A DNA stretch of 64,000 nt from assembly GCA_036172245.1 (NCBI GenBank), contig JAYWIR010000012.1, positions 1,364,001 to 1,428,000 on the forward strand. Reading direction: 5' to 3'. Each line of letters opens with the position of its first letter. The first letter of the stretch is position 1. The DNA is from Raillietiella orientalis. Its lineage: Eukaryota. Below the pieces are notes generated by a model. It did not search any database. It had not been told where the DNA came from and was given only the letters and a program-made list of their open reading frames with translations. Shown here one piece after another: positions 12,410 through 24,299 of the stretch. Position numbers and translations under genes: made by a program.

Positions 12410-14892
12410 TTTGTTCACCAGCAGCTCCAGAGGCGATGCGCGGAACCACAGAATCCGACCGATCTTCGATTCATCGAACGATAAAATCTTATGAGATGCG
12501 ACTTCCGTCGCTCGAGAAAACAGACGCGCCGCAGGCGAGTGAACTTGAATGATGCAATAACGAATTAATCGATAGTTCACGCGCGCGCACGCACGCACAC
12601 GCGCGCACACACACACACATACACACCCACACACACACACACCCACACACGACCAGTGGGGGTGGTGGCTCTTCGCCCCGAGGCGCGCGTCGTCCTCCTC
12701 TCCCGCCCGGTCAACTGCCATCCCGACGCGACCACTGCGAGCGTTCGAGCCTCCTTCCGCTTCCGTGCAGGGAACGCCGACCACCGGCGGCTGACCGCGC
12801 CTTTCGCAGCGCTCCAGTGGTGGCTGGCCGACGTGGCACGTGCCTCCTCCTCCAGTCACGGCGAACGGCCCCAGCTGCCTAGCCGGAGCTGCGTCCAGGA
12901 ACACCGCCACGAAAGGTCGGCGGCGCCTCGACCCGACCGGCCTCCGCGTCCACGCGAAGCCGCGCGCTCTTTCTTCTTCCCGTCCTGCCGTTGCCACGCC
13001 GACCACCGACCACACAACCACTACCTGCCCCAAGCGCTTCCGCGTTCCCGGATAGGGCCGAGATGCACCTTCCATCCATCCGGCTTCCGCCCGGCTCGTG
13101 CTCCCGGCCGAAAGCGCCCTGGCTGCACGCGGTCCTGGCGCCTCCGACGCGCGCGACCGAGACGCGCCCCTCTTCGGGCGGCGACCGCGGCGTTGGCGAG
13201 TCCGCGCTTCATCCGGGCGGCGGCGCGCGCGATCAGGCGAGCGGAGAGCAGATGGCGGGCACGGCGCAAGCGCACGCCTACCCCTCGCGCCGTGCTGACC
13301 ACGGGCGCGCGCTCACTTCTCGTGGGCATGCCGGGCGGGCTGCGTGCTGCCCGACCTACTCTCTCTCCCTTCTCCCTGTCTGTGTACCGGTCCGAGCGAC
13401 GGAGGAGCGCGCGCGAAAGGGGCGCTCGGATCGCGTGGCGGGGCGCCAGCACGCGCGACGGCACGCATCCTCCTCGGTCTGCGCGCGCCCGCTCTCCTAG
13501 CTCTCCGAGAGTCACTGCGTTTCCGCAACGACGCACCACGCGCCTTCTGCGTTGCCCCGCCGATTCCTGCGACCGCGGCGGTGACGGCGGCGCGTGCATG
13601 TGTGAGTTCTCGAAAGGCGCCCGAGCCGTCCGTCCCGCGGGCATGGCCACTGGGACGCTCGCCCTCTCGGCTGCCGCAGCATCCGTGCGCGGCCGTCGCT
13701 GCCTGACACCGTCGCGCGCGCGGGGAGCTTCTGAAGGGCGCGCGCGCTCCTCCCTGCCGTGCCGCCCCGTTCGTTCCATCCGGCATCTGCGGCCACGCCC
13801 GCTCCGAGAGAGCTCGAGTGGAGTCTTCTTTCCCCGTTCCAACGGCGGCTGCCGACCGCGCTCTGGGGCTGGGACGGCAGATGAAACACCCCCACGAGAC
13901 GATCCATTTTTTCTTCCGGAAAAGAAAACAAACAAAGAAGCGAGCGAGCAAGCAGGAAGAAGAAGAAGACATGCCGGAAAAAGCGGAGTTTGGCAACCCT
14001 GAGACGGCCCTGCAGCGGATCGGGTCCCGCGCCTCGAGCGTTGTCCGGCGGGCGCGCGCGCGGTGCCTCTGCGTGCAGCCCCGAAACGGGGATTTCGAGC
14101 GCGTGGCCCGCGGCTGGAATCGACGACAGGATCGCACGTGTTTCGGATTAGTTATGCGCGAAAAACATTCCCGGGTGCTCTTTGGGGGACGACGGCACTC
14201 TCGCGTGCGAACATCTGGAGCGTCGTCGCAAGGTGGCCGGCGTGCGCTCCGTCGACGAGGAGGAGGAAGAAGCGTGAGCCAACGGAAAAGATGGGGGGGA
14301 AGTGGAGGCTCCTCGTTTCGTGCTCCGCTCGCGTCTGGAGCTGCAGTGGGCGAACCGCACGGCGCGGCGGCAGCCTCGGGCGCCTCCACGTCCGCGACCT
14401 CGCGTGGACGCTGTCCATCCACCCGCGAACGGATGCTCGCCTCCTTCGGCTGCTCCGCCTTCGTTCGAGGGCTTTGCTTTCTTCTTGGGAGATGCAGTCT
14501 CTGCACCCAGACGGACCGGCGTCTGCCGATGCGGAGGAGACCTCGGCCGGACGATGAGCTCGGCAGATGCCCCGGACTCGTCGCACGGTGCCCGATCGTG
14601 CGCGCACCCCGTCGTATCCTGCCTCGGGGCATCCGAACTCGCTGGCGGGCCGAGCTGTAGAGGGAGGTTCCTCCTCACTCTTCGCGCGTCCACGTCTCCG
14701 CCGGAAGCCGGGGGAACCCGAACGAGAGGGTTTCCCGGTCTCGTGCCCGAGAAGCCGCTCCCCTCGGCTCTGGAGAGGAGGGCCGATCCCCGCGCCGAGG
14801 GGAGCGAGCGGCGGAGGGGGAGCGTACAGCTGCTTCGCGGAGAAACTCCAGGCGGGAGTTGCCCTGGATGCGGTTCCTCCCGGAGACTTACG
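12410..14892 (+). repeat. Left arm of a long near-perfect inverted repeat (~2.48 kb)
   Basis: Reverse complement of 17216-19696. The ORF track is mirrored (12656..14002+ equals 18106..19452-; 13818..14660+ equals 17448..18290-). Confidence 0.98.
12578..12650. repeat. Compound (CG)n/(CA)n microsatellite, mirrored at 19458-19528
   Basis: cacgcgcgcgcacgcacgcacacgcgcgcacacacacacacatacacacccacacacacacacacccacacac. Confidence 0.95.
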
Positions 14893-15720
14893 AGTGGTCC
14901 AGAAGTATTCCGTCTGCCTCCGTGCTTCAGAGATGGGGCTGACGAGCGTCTCGTTGGTACACCAAGTGCAGTCGCTCTTCCCGGAGTTTCTGGCAATGTT
15001 GTCGCCCCTCCTCCTGGATAAGAATGCCTTTTGCGATTCCTTGTGCGCAAAGCTCCATCGAGTGAGGGCGACGTCCGCAGTCCTGGCGGGCCGGGGGCGT
15101 GAAAACGGAGTGGCGTACACCGCATCCTTGGGTGCAATCGGTTTGTCGCGGGAGACGCACGCTCGTTGGCGCGGAAGCCTCCACCTGCGTTTTCCATGTC
15201 TCCTGCTGTTTGATGACTTTCTTGCTGCTGGTCTCCCGAGGGCGAGATGGCAGCCACCCTTCCCTATCTCCCTTTTTTTTTGGTCTTCAGTGCCACTGCT
15301 GTCTCCATCCACCACCTCCTTGGAGTTCCATGGAGGGGTGGAACGAGTGCCGCAGCGATTCCGGCAGCGTACGAGAGAGGGACGGAAGTGTGAGGGGTGG
15401 CGGACGCCTCGAGCTACTTTGGAAGAAGCGGCTCGTGAGACATGCCGGAGAGGGTGGGCGGCGGCCGAGCGACGGAGCTGTTCCGGATGAGGCAAACTCA
15501 TGGACCTCGCCCCTCCCCATTTACGTTCCCCACTATTGACGTAAGAGGGAAGTGCGGATGTATAGGTACTGGTGGCGTGAAGTGACCCCTGGGTCTGATC
15601 GCAGGCGCGCGCCTGGTCCTCCCAACTACGATGCTGATATCAGTCGCGGAGGAACGTCACTATGGAAGCCGGACGGACCGGACTGGTAATTTTCACGGAA
15701 GAATAGCGGGAGAAGATCAG
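12650..15720 (+). mobile_element. Degenerate RLE-type retroelement copy in inverted orientation (left palindrome arm plus left part of the spacer)
   Basis: SGASSQGG and SAFVRGLCFLL (~14455-14488; cf. LAFADDLVLL) lie inside the arm. Beyond the arm: DEANSW (15486-15503; cf. NxWL) and LWKPD (15660-15674; cf. RLE LxKPD). Confidence 0.45.
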
Positions 15721-15749
15721 CAGAGCGTTTCAAAAAGAGAAAAAACCTA

Positions 15750-18700
15750 GGCGGAGGAGGGCGTCGCCTCTCCGCTGCCGGGCAAGCACGGTGCGCGCAC
15801 CCCACGAGCGTTTTTGCGCACGTTCCAGCGCACTGCGCGCGCGCTCGTCCGCGAGGCGAAGAGGCTCGGCAGAGAGATGGCGCTCCTGGCTCCGCGCAGC
15901 AAGCACGGACGGCTGTCGCCGCAGGCCAGCGGTGGGGCTATGCGTCTGCCCACAGGTGCTGTGGTCCAGCGCGCTCTGTGCAGCCCTGAAGCGCCAGCAA
16001 GGGTTATGCAGCTCTGTGATGCCTGCTTATAGAGGGGTGGGACCCCCCACGCCCTGATGGCACCCTCCCGGACGCCGCGGATGGCATGCGCGAGCCCTCT
16101 TGCAGAAGAAACGCAAGTGCAGCGTGTCCTTTTTGTAGTGCTGTTGAGTCCGGTCCGATGCGGAGGTCACTCATGACGTCAAGACAGCCATGCTGCACCA
16201 CCCCCCATCGGAGAGAGACTGTGGAGATCCTTCGGTCCTTCGCTTGCCCTTGGCTTGCAGCAGGAAGGCCCTTTGGTTTCTTCGTGCTGACACTGCTGCG
16301 CCTGCAGATGCAAACGATCCATCCGCCCGCGGGGCGTTCTTCCTATTTACGCGGCTCCTCCCCGTGGCCCTTCCCATCGATAGCCACGTCATTCCCCTGA
16401 GTCCGGCTGACCGAATGCGCGCCCAGTGGCATTGGTCGCCAGCAGCCGCGTAATCCGGGAGATCCGTCTTCTCGCTTGCGGAACGCCGAGCATCGACGCA
16501 AACTCCACCAGCGTACTTCCTCCAGAGGCGCGAACGCAGCACGCGCCGCTGTGCCTCCTCCGTCGAGGAGACCCCACGACCAGATCGATGGAGGAGCCAC
16601 CTGGACCGCAAATTCCGACGGGCTGGTTGATAGCAAGCAGGCAGGCCCGCGAGCAAAAGAGTAGCAGGACCCGCAGCTTCGCCACCTCTTCGCGACCGCG
16701 GGTGCTTGCGCGCGACGCAGAGCTGCACCGATGGCCAATGAGGAGCGAGGAGCCACCGCAGTCCGGCCGCCTTTCCCAATCCTCCTCCGCCGCCCGCGCG
16801 GCGTCCCAGCTAAGTGGTGCAACTCCTCATCTCCGTCCCGCGGTTTCGAAAGTCTTGCGAAAGTCCCTCCGGCCCTTCCCCTTCGTTCCCCCGCGCAACG
16901 CAGCATGCTGGCAGCTGCGGATCCATAGCGTCTCTCGTCCTCTGCCTAGGACCGAAACGGCAAAACGTCTCTAGAGATCTCCAGCTCCAGCCTGCAATGC
17001 CGACCGACATCCGCGTAGACGCGAAGACGCCTGCCAGGGACCGCCCTTCATCCGTTTCGTGGGGGAACGTCTCCGGGAAGGGGAGAGCGCACCATCACCG
17101 TCCGTTCTCCGTCCGGAGCCGGAACCACGGCAGTTTCCCGCCAACTGCGGGGGAGGCACTCGGTCCGGGAGTGTCCTGCGCCGCTCCGTGCTCAGGCCGG
17201 GAAGTCCTTCCGCGGCGTCAGTCTCCGGGCGGAACCGCATCCAGGGCAACTCCCGCCTGGAGTTTCTCCGCGAAGCAGCTGTACGCTCCCCCTCCGCCGC
17301 TCGCTCCCCTCGGCGCGGGGATCGGCCCTCCTCTCCAGAGCCGAGGGGAGCGGCTTCTCGGGCACGAGACCGGGAAACCCTCTCGTTCGGGTTCCCCCGG
17401 CTTCCGGCGGAGACGTGGACGCGCGAAGAGTGAGGAGGAACCTCCCTCTACAGCTCGGCCCGCCAGCGAGTTCGGATGCCCCGAGGCAGGATACGACGGG
17501 GTGCGCGCACGATCGGGCACCGTGCGACGAGTCCGGGGCATCTGCCGAGCTCATCGTCCGGCCGAGGTCTCCTCCGCATCGGCAGACGCCGGTCCGTCTG
17601 GGTGCAGAGACTGCATCTCCCAAGAAGAAAGCAAAGCCCTCGAACGAAGGCGGAGCAGCCGAAGGAGGCGAGCATCCGTTCGCGGGTGGATGGACAGCGT
17701 CCACGCGAGGTCGCGGACGTGGAGGCGCCCGAGGCTGCCGCCGCGCCGTGCGGTTCGCCCACTGCAGCTCCAGACGCGAGCGGAGCACGAAACGAGGAGC
17801 CTCCACTTCCCCCCCATCTTTTCCGTTGGCTCACGCTTCTTCCTCCTCCTCGTCGACGGAGCGCACGCCGGCCACCTTGCGACGACGCTCCAGATGTTCG
17901 CACGCGAGAGTGCCGTCGTCCCCCAAAGAGCACCCGGGAATGTTTTTCGCGCATAACTAATCCGAAACACGTGCGATCCTGTCGTCGATTCCAGCCGCGG
18001 GCCACGCGCTCGAAATCCCCGTTTCGGGGCTGCACGCAGAGGCACCGCGCGCGCGCCCGCCGGACAACGCTCGAGGCGCGGGACCCGATCCGCTGCAGGG
18101 CCGTCTCAGGGTTGCCAAACTCCGCTTTTTCCGGCATGTCTTCTTCTTCTTCCTGCTTGCTCGCTCGCTTCTTTGTTTGTTTTCTTTTCCGGAAGAAAAA
18201 ATGGATCGTCTCGTGGGGGTGTTTCATCTGCCGTCCCAGCCCCAGAGCGCGGTCGGCAGCCGCCGTTGGAACGGGGAAAGAAGACTCCACTCGAGCTCTC
18301 TCGGAGCGGGCGTGGCCGCAGATGCCGGATGGAACGAACGGGGCGGCACGGCAGGGAGGAGCGCGCTCGCCCTTCAGAAGCTCCCCGCGCGCGCGACGGT
18401 GTCAGGCAGCGACGGCCGCGCACGGATGCTGCGGCAGCCGAGAGGGCGAGCGTCCCAGTGGCCATGCCCGCGGGACGGACGGCTCGGGCGCCTTTCGAGA
18501 ACTCACACATGCACGCGCCGCCGTCACCGCCGCGGTCGCAGGAATCGGCGGGGCAACGCAGAAGGCGCGTGGTGCGTCGTTGCGGAAACGCAGTGACTCT
18601 CGGAGAGCTAGGAGAGCGGGCGCGCGCAGACCGAGGAGGATGCGTGCCGTCGCGCGTGCTGGCGCCCCGCCACGCGATCCGAGCGCCCCTTTCGCGCGCG

Positions 18701-19450
18701 CTCCTCCGTCGCTCGGACCGGTACACAGACAGGGAGAAGGGAGAGAGAGTAGGTCGGGCAGCACGCAGCCCGCCCGGCATGCCCACGAGAAGTGAGCGCG
18801 CGCCCGTGGTCAGCACGGCGCGAGGGGTAGGCGTGCGCTTGCGCCGTGCCCGCCATCTGCTCTCCGCTCGCCTGATCGCGCGCGCCGCCGCCCGGATGAA
18901 GCGCGGACTCGCCAACGCCGCGGTCGCCGCCCGAAGAGGGGCGCGTCTCGGTCGCGCGCGTCGGAGGCGCCAGGACCGCGTGCAGCCAGGGCGCTTTCGG
19001 CCGGGAGCACGAGCCGGGCGGAAGCCGGATGGATGGAAGGTGCATCTCGGCCCTATCCGGGAACGCGGAAGCGCTTGGGGCAGGTAGTGGTTGTGTGGTC
19101 GGTGGTCGGCGTGGCAACGGCAGGACGGGAAGAAGAAAGAGCGCGCGGCTTCGCGTGGACGCGGAGGCCGGTCGGGTCGAGGCGCCGCCGACCTTTCGTG
19201 GCGGTGTTCCTGGACGCAGCTCCGGCTAGGCAGCTGGGGCCGTTCGCCGTGACTGGAGGAGGAGGCACGTGCCACGTCGGCCAGCCACCACTGGAGCGCT
19301 GCGAAAGGCGCGGTCAGCCGCCGGTGGTCGGCGTTCCCTGCACGGAAGCGGAAGGAGGCTCGAACGCTCGCAGTGGTCGCGTCGGGATGGCAGTTGACCG
19401 GGCGGGAGAGGAGGACGACGCGCGCCTCGGGGCGAAGAGCCACCACCCCC
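15750..19450 (-). mobile_element. Degenerate RLE-type retroelement (right palindrome arm plus right part of the spacer)
   Basis: Same RT-like relics as the left arm, then FASTRMSVGI (~17020; cf. GGLGI thumb motif), CRRSSVST (~16300; CCHC-like) and LRIGPDS (~16150; RLE PD) on the minus strand. Confidence 0.45.
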
Positions 19451-19696
19451 ACTGGTCGTGTGTGGGTGTGTGTGTGTGTGGGTGTGTATGTGTGTGTGTG
19501 CGCGCGTGTGCGTGCGTGCGCGCGCGTGAACTATCGATTAATTCGTTATTGCATCATTCAAGTTCACTCGCCTGCGGCGCGTCTGTTTTCTCGAGCGACG
19601 GAAGTCGCATCTCATAAGATTTTATCGTTCGATGAATCGAAGATCGGTCGGATTCTGTGGTTCCGCGCATCGCCTCTGGAGCTGCTGGTGAACAAA
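17216..19696 (-). repeat. Right arm of a long near-perfect inverted repeat (~2.48 kb)
   Basis: Reverse complement of 12410-14892. Differences seen: a substitution at 13741/18367, one CA unit in the microsatellite, and substitutions at 14878/17230 and 14889/17219. Confidence 0.98.
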
Positions 19697-22600
19697 AGGA
19701 TAAGCAAAACCCAGAGGAAATTCGCTTGTGGAGATGGCTGTGTATCATCCGTGTTATTAGGGTTGCTCGAGTTGCGATGCAGGTTCGCCTGCCGTTGGTG
19801 ACTACTGTGCTCAGCACGCCGTGGCGCGCTCGTTGAGGCGGAACGATAGGGCATCGGGTGTGTATCACCGTGTTGATGTTCTGTGCGGTTTTCGGACTCT
19901 GATGTGCTTGGTTCTCGTTCCGGGGTGTCAGATGCTTCAGGGCACTAGATGGGTCGCCATGTTTTTGGTGCGTGTCCGCCCGAAGTGGTGTGCTCGTGGG
20001 GTTGTGGCTGCTCTACGCGCATCCATAGGGGTGCACTCTGTGGCTGCTCGCCAGTGAGGGCGGGTTTCCCGTGGCAGCGCGCCCGGCAGGCGGTTCTAGT
20101 GGGCTGGCTGCTAGCAGGGCGTCTGTGGAAAGTGGCAGGCGAGTTCGGGTGGGCGGTACACGGCCTTGGGAGTGTTGATTGGGAACCTGCACCTTATGGT
20201 GAAGTGGGCTGACACCCCCGGCGAGGGGCGCTGACGCAAGCGGGCCCATGCCAGCGCAGATGTTGCTTCGCGCTGCTCGACTTGAACCTCTGCTCGCGAA
20301 CTTCCTGCCACTTTGAATCCACTCCCCAAGGCGTTAGGAGCAGAGAGGAAGCGGCGGTGGTTCCACTGGCACCATGCTCTGGGTGGTGGCTCTCTTTCTG
20401 TGTTCCCTGTGAGTATCTCGGCGTTGGTGGTTCTTCCGACTGTGGCACTCTGATCGACCCCAGCAAGCAGCTCGGTGGCTGGGGGTAACTCTCAAAGATC
20501 GTGGGGCCGCCACCGGGTGAGGTGACCTTGTCCGGGAGCAGCCGTGAACCATTCTTCCTGGGGGCAGAAGGAATCGCCGGTCCGATGTATTCTTGACCCT
20601 CCCTCGCTGCAAGTCCACCTTCCGCGTCCGCCCTCTCCGTAACCGTGGAAACGCGGAGGAGAGGGAGAGGAGGTTCTTCCCTCCTCTCCCCTTTCTCTCG
20701 CGTTCCTCCTCCCCCTTTCCCTTTCAGAAGAGGGGAAAGGGAGCCCGCGTTGGCCCTCTCCGTCACTCTCTGGTAGGATGGAAGGGAGTGCCGCAGAGAG
20801 TCATTTTCCACGCCCCACGCATTTTCCATTTCCCGCCGCCCTGGGACATCCCCGCGTATCTGACCACCCCGGTACTCCCTCCTTCCCTGGCTCCTCCTCC
20901 TCCTCCGCACTTCCTCCCTCCGTCATGCCTCTGGTCTGGGAGATGACTCTGCCTGCTTCGCGAAGGAGCGCTTGCAGATGGCGCACGGCGCCCGCGTGAG
21001 CGCCGACTGCGGAGTTTGAGTGTCTGCAGGGGCGCGGATGGTCTCCCGATGTCCGATGACCAGTTGCTCTCCGTAGCGGCGTTGTTGCTGACGAAAATGA
21101 CGAGCTGCTGCAAGAGGAAGTCAAGCTGTTCCGCGTCCAAGTGGGACTGAAGGTAGCCCGCCTAGCGGTGATGCCAGTCCTGCCGACCTACGATCCTCCC
21201 TTTCCAGAGTGTTTTTGCCATGGAGGTGAACCTGGGAAAAGAACACGGAAAATTGCTCCTAGTTCCAGGAACCGCCAACGAGTGCTCCTGGATGGTGAAC
21301 AAATGCTGCGAGAAATCCTCGTTCTGCAGTAGGAGACAGAGGAGGGGCCGTGGGGAGGGAACTATGGGAACAGTCCCTCCCTTTTCCAGGCCAGGTCTTG
21401 AGGGGCAAATGGTACAAATTTTGCTCTCTTAGCTACAACCCCAAGAAGATCCCGTACCTGAATTACGCCCTTCAGGGATCTCCAGAGATTGTTTACATGG
21501 AGGTCAGTGCCGCCACCCTTTCTCCGGGAGGAAAGAAATTACCTCCAAGGCATCTCTGGAGGAGGGCGGATGCCTGGAAAGGCATCCGCCCTCCTCCGGG
21601 GAAGAGCCGCCGGGTTCCCACCGGGAAGGCCAGCTCGGAATCTCTTCTTCCGGATCCTCTCTGGTCCACTCAAGGCGCCCTTAGAAACCGGGAAGGGGAT
21701 CCTCCCTCGTGCCTAGGGGGAAAAATCGTGGTCCTTCCAGGTATTCCAAGGGAAGTCGGAACAGCTGGTTTTCTTCACGGGGATGCTGGAGGAGGGGAGA
21801 GTGTCCGTCTTCAACCAGATATTTCACTCTGGAGTCCTCAGCTTGGGACCTGACTGCTCAGGTTACGAGAGCTGGGAAGGCCCGACCTTCCGAAATAAAT
21901 TCTACCTGCATTTCAAAAAGTGAGGGTTTCTCTCTGACGAAGGGGTCTTGGCCAAGAGCGGCCGGCTTGCAGCAACTTCGGGTCCTTCAGCACCCAGATG
22001 GACTACACAAAGAAAATCTCCAGATTCCAGCACATCCCGTGCGCGGAAGGGTCTCGACCGGGAGAATACAAGTTCACCATTTTCAGGTACGACATTCTCT
22101 CTCCTCTGTTCTTTTTCCTCTTCGTTCTCTTTCTCCTCCTCTTCCTTCCTCTTCGTCCTCTTCCTCCTTCACTTTCTTCCTTCCTTTTCAAGCACTATCC
22201 GAGCATCGAACGTTCTCCCTCCCTCGGAATCACGGAGTCGACAGCTCTGCAGAAGGGTCCGGCTTCTGGCTCCGGCAGCGTCCTCTACCGCTTCCACACG
22301 GACGCGAACTCGACGGGAACCTCCTGGTTCACCTGGCTCAGCCACCCCCTTCCACTCACCGCGGCGCGCGTCCGCAGCGTCCTGGTCTGCACGCGCTGCG
22401 AAACAAGTCGTCCCGCACGCGGCCGACCCGGTCAGCAGCTCGCAGGACGCGACGGAGAGCACAGCCGCCGTCTCGTCAGAGGAGGCGCGTCATATCCGCA
22501 CCCCCGTCGCTTCCCCCAGCGAGGAAGGCCCGCCTCGAGTTGCGAGACGCGCGTGTCGTGGGTGCACTCTGTTCGTCAGTCCACACGTGTGGTCCGGCGG

Positions 22601-23330
22601 TGCATCCTGGGAGGAGTGATGCTCGTAGCTCCTCATCCGGATGGCCACCTCCAGAAGATTCGCGCTGGAGGTCGGCGCCAGAGGAGCCAATGTAGGTACA
22701 TGAGGAGCCAATGCAGCCACAGTGTAGTGGGGGCCTGCGACTCCAACAACTGTCTGGGGAGCTGGAGACGCCGACATGCCTTCTGTTCCTCCTGTCTCAA
22801 GGTGTCCCATGCAGAGGCGCGTTGGAGCAGATGGCGTCTTCCCTACGCTACCACCTCCTCCTGAAGATCACCTGTCGCCATTTTCAGTTTGCAAAACGGG
22901 GAGATGGACATTACCGCGGGGTCTCCAGTTGGCTCGCACCTCCACCTTGACACCTCCTCTCCCTACTCCAAGGTCCCTCATCAATTGGTGAAGGAACTCG
23001 TGAGGCAGTTGAACTTCACCCGATACGACTCCACAACTGGATTTTACCAGGCAAGAGGATATAGTCCGATTCACAGGGTGTCGTAAGTGAGAGTGTATTC
23101 AGGGACCGTGTTTCCCCCGAAATTTTCTGATCCTGTCCTACACTGTCCGAGAGAACAAGAGCTTCAAACTCAGGATAAACACTAACACAATCCTAAACAA
23201 GGTGAGCAGGAGGACGGGAGTCGGGGAATCCTGGGGAGGAGCGTCAGGAGGCTTCCTCCTTCGCCGTGAGAGAGGTCCTTCCCCATCCGCGCAGCACGCG
23301 GGAGCGGAGGAAGGACCTCCTTTTCCTCCA
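19530..23330 (-). mobile_element. Degenerate R2-like non-LTR retrotransposon
   Basis: Minus strand, in order: VWTDEQ (22586-22569; Myb-like WTxEE), GRTGITARR (cf. GPDGIT), ENDSLRH (~20800; cf. AFDSVxH), DKVTSPG...IF (cf. QGDPLSP), HTRCPIVPPQRARHGV (~19862-19815; CCHC...RH). Confidence 0.55.
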
Positions 23331-24299
23331 ATTCAGCTCTCAGCAAAAAGATCCCTTTTCAGATAGGCGAAGACCAGGAAGTCTGCCAGCTCGCCCTGCT
23401 TAGCAGCGGCCCAAAAGATGACATGAGGTGGATGCTGGGAATCGACTTTCTGCAGTTTTTCTACCTGGAGTTCAACAGGGCCCCCTGCAAAGTTGGGTTC
23501 GCCTTCCCGAAGTGAGGTCCGGTAGCCACAGGCAGCCTGCGCTGCTGCTGCTGCGGAACCGGGAGGAGGACACACACACATACGATTGTGCGCTTCTCGA
23601 GCAACCGCCATTAAAGAAAGACGCTGTCGTCATCTCTGTTATGCATAGGGGACGGGAGATCCAGGTCCAGAAATCGACAGTCGAGGAGGAACGAAGCCTG
23701 CGCCAAAGACGAGGAAGAATAAGTACGACTTTTTAGAAGTCACTTTCCAAGAAGAGGAATGTCTTTCACACGTCAACGAGAACCGCAAGCGCGTGGCCAT
23801 CTGATACAGCGGAAGCTGCTGCTGTCCTGACCTCAGACGAGATCCTTGGCTTCTGTGGAAACATCACTTCCCGACCTCTGATAAGGCATGATGGGTGTGG
23901 ACCCTGAAAAGTGGGGACTCATCTCGCGAGGTGGAGCAGATTCGAATCTGGGAGCGGAGTGGGCGGGTGCTATCGATGGAGTCGTCTGAAAAACAACGAC
24001 CGTTGTCACCAGCACCATCGTTTCTGCATTCGAATCCAGAACGGAGTTCGGTTTTCGGAAAGTGAGAAAATTTTGGGAAATTCGGGAAGTGATGTCTCAT
24101 TCCGCACGCATTTGTTGGCGAAGGCACCTGAAGATTGCTTCCGGTGTCCGATATTTCCGGAAGGCGTCCAACGGATGTTTGTAAAACAGTGCTGTTTGTT
24201 TTTGCGCTGATCACATGGCTGGTCTTGCAGAAGCTCAAAGTGTAGACTGAGCTTGTTGATCGCTTAACAAGGAAGCCGCTGCTGACTCGATTTCACTTT

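Noticed and set aside
12656..19452. Long ORFs (280-449 aa) in and around the palindrome as real genes
   Set aside because: They are R/A/P/G/S-rich, overlap in several frames on both strands and have no coherent domain. This is expected from very high GC.
12410..19696. Foldback or DNA transposon with long TIRs
   Set aside because: No target-site duplication, no transposase or internal subrepeats, fuzzy ends, and the arms carry retroelement-like motifs.
21709..22864. Plus-strand ORFs of 288-328 aa
   Set aside because: Low-complexity and antisense to the inferred R2-like relic; no domain.
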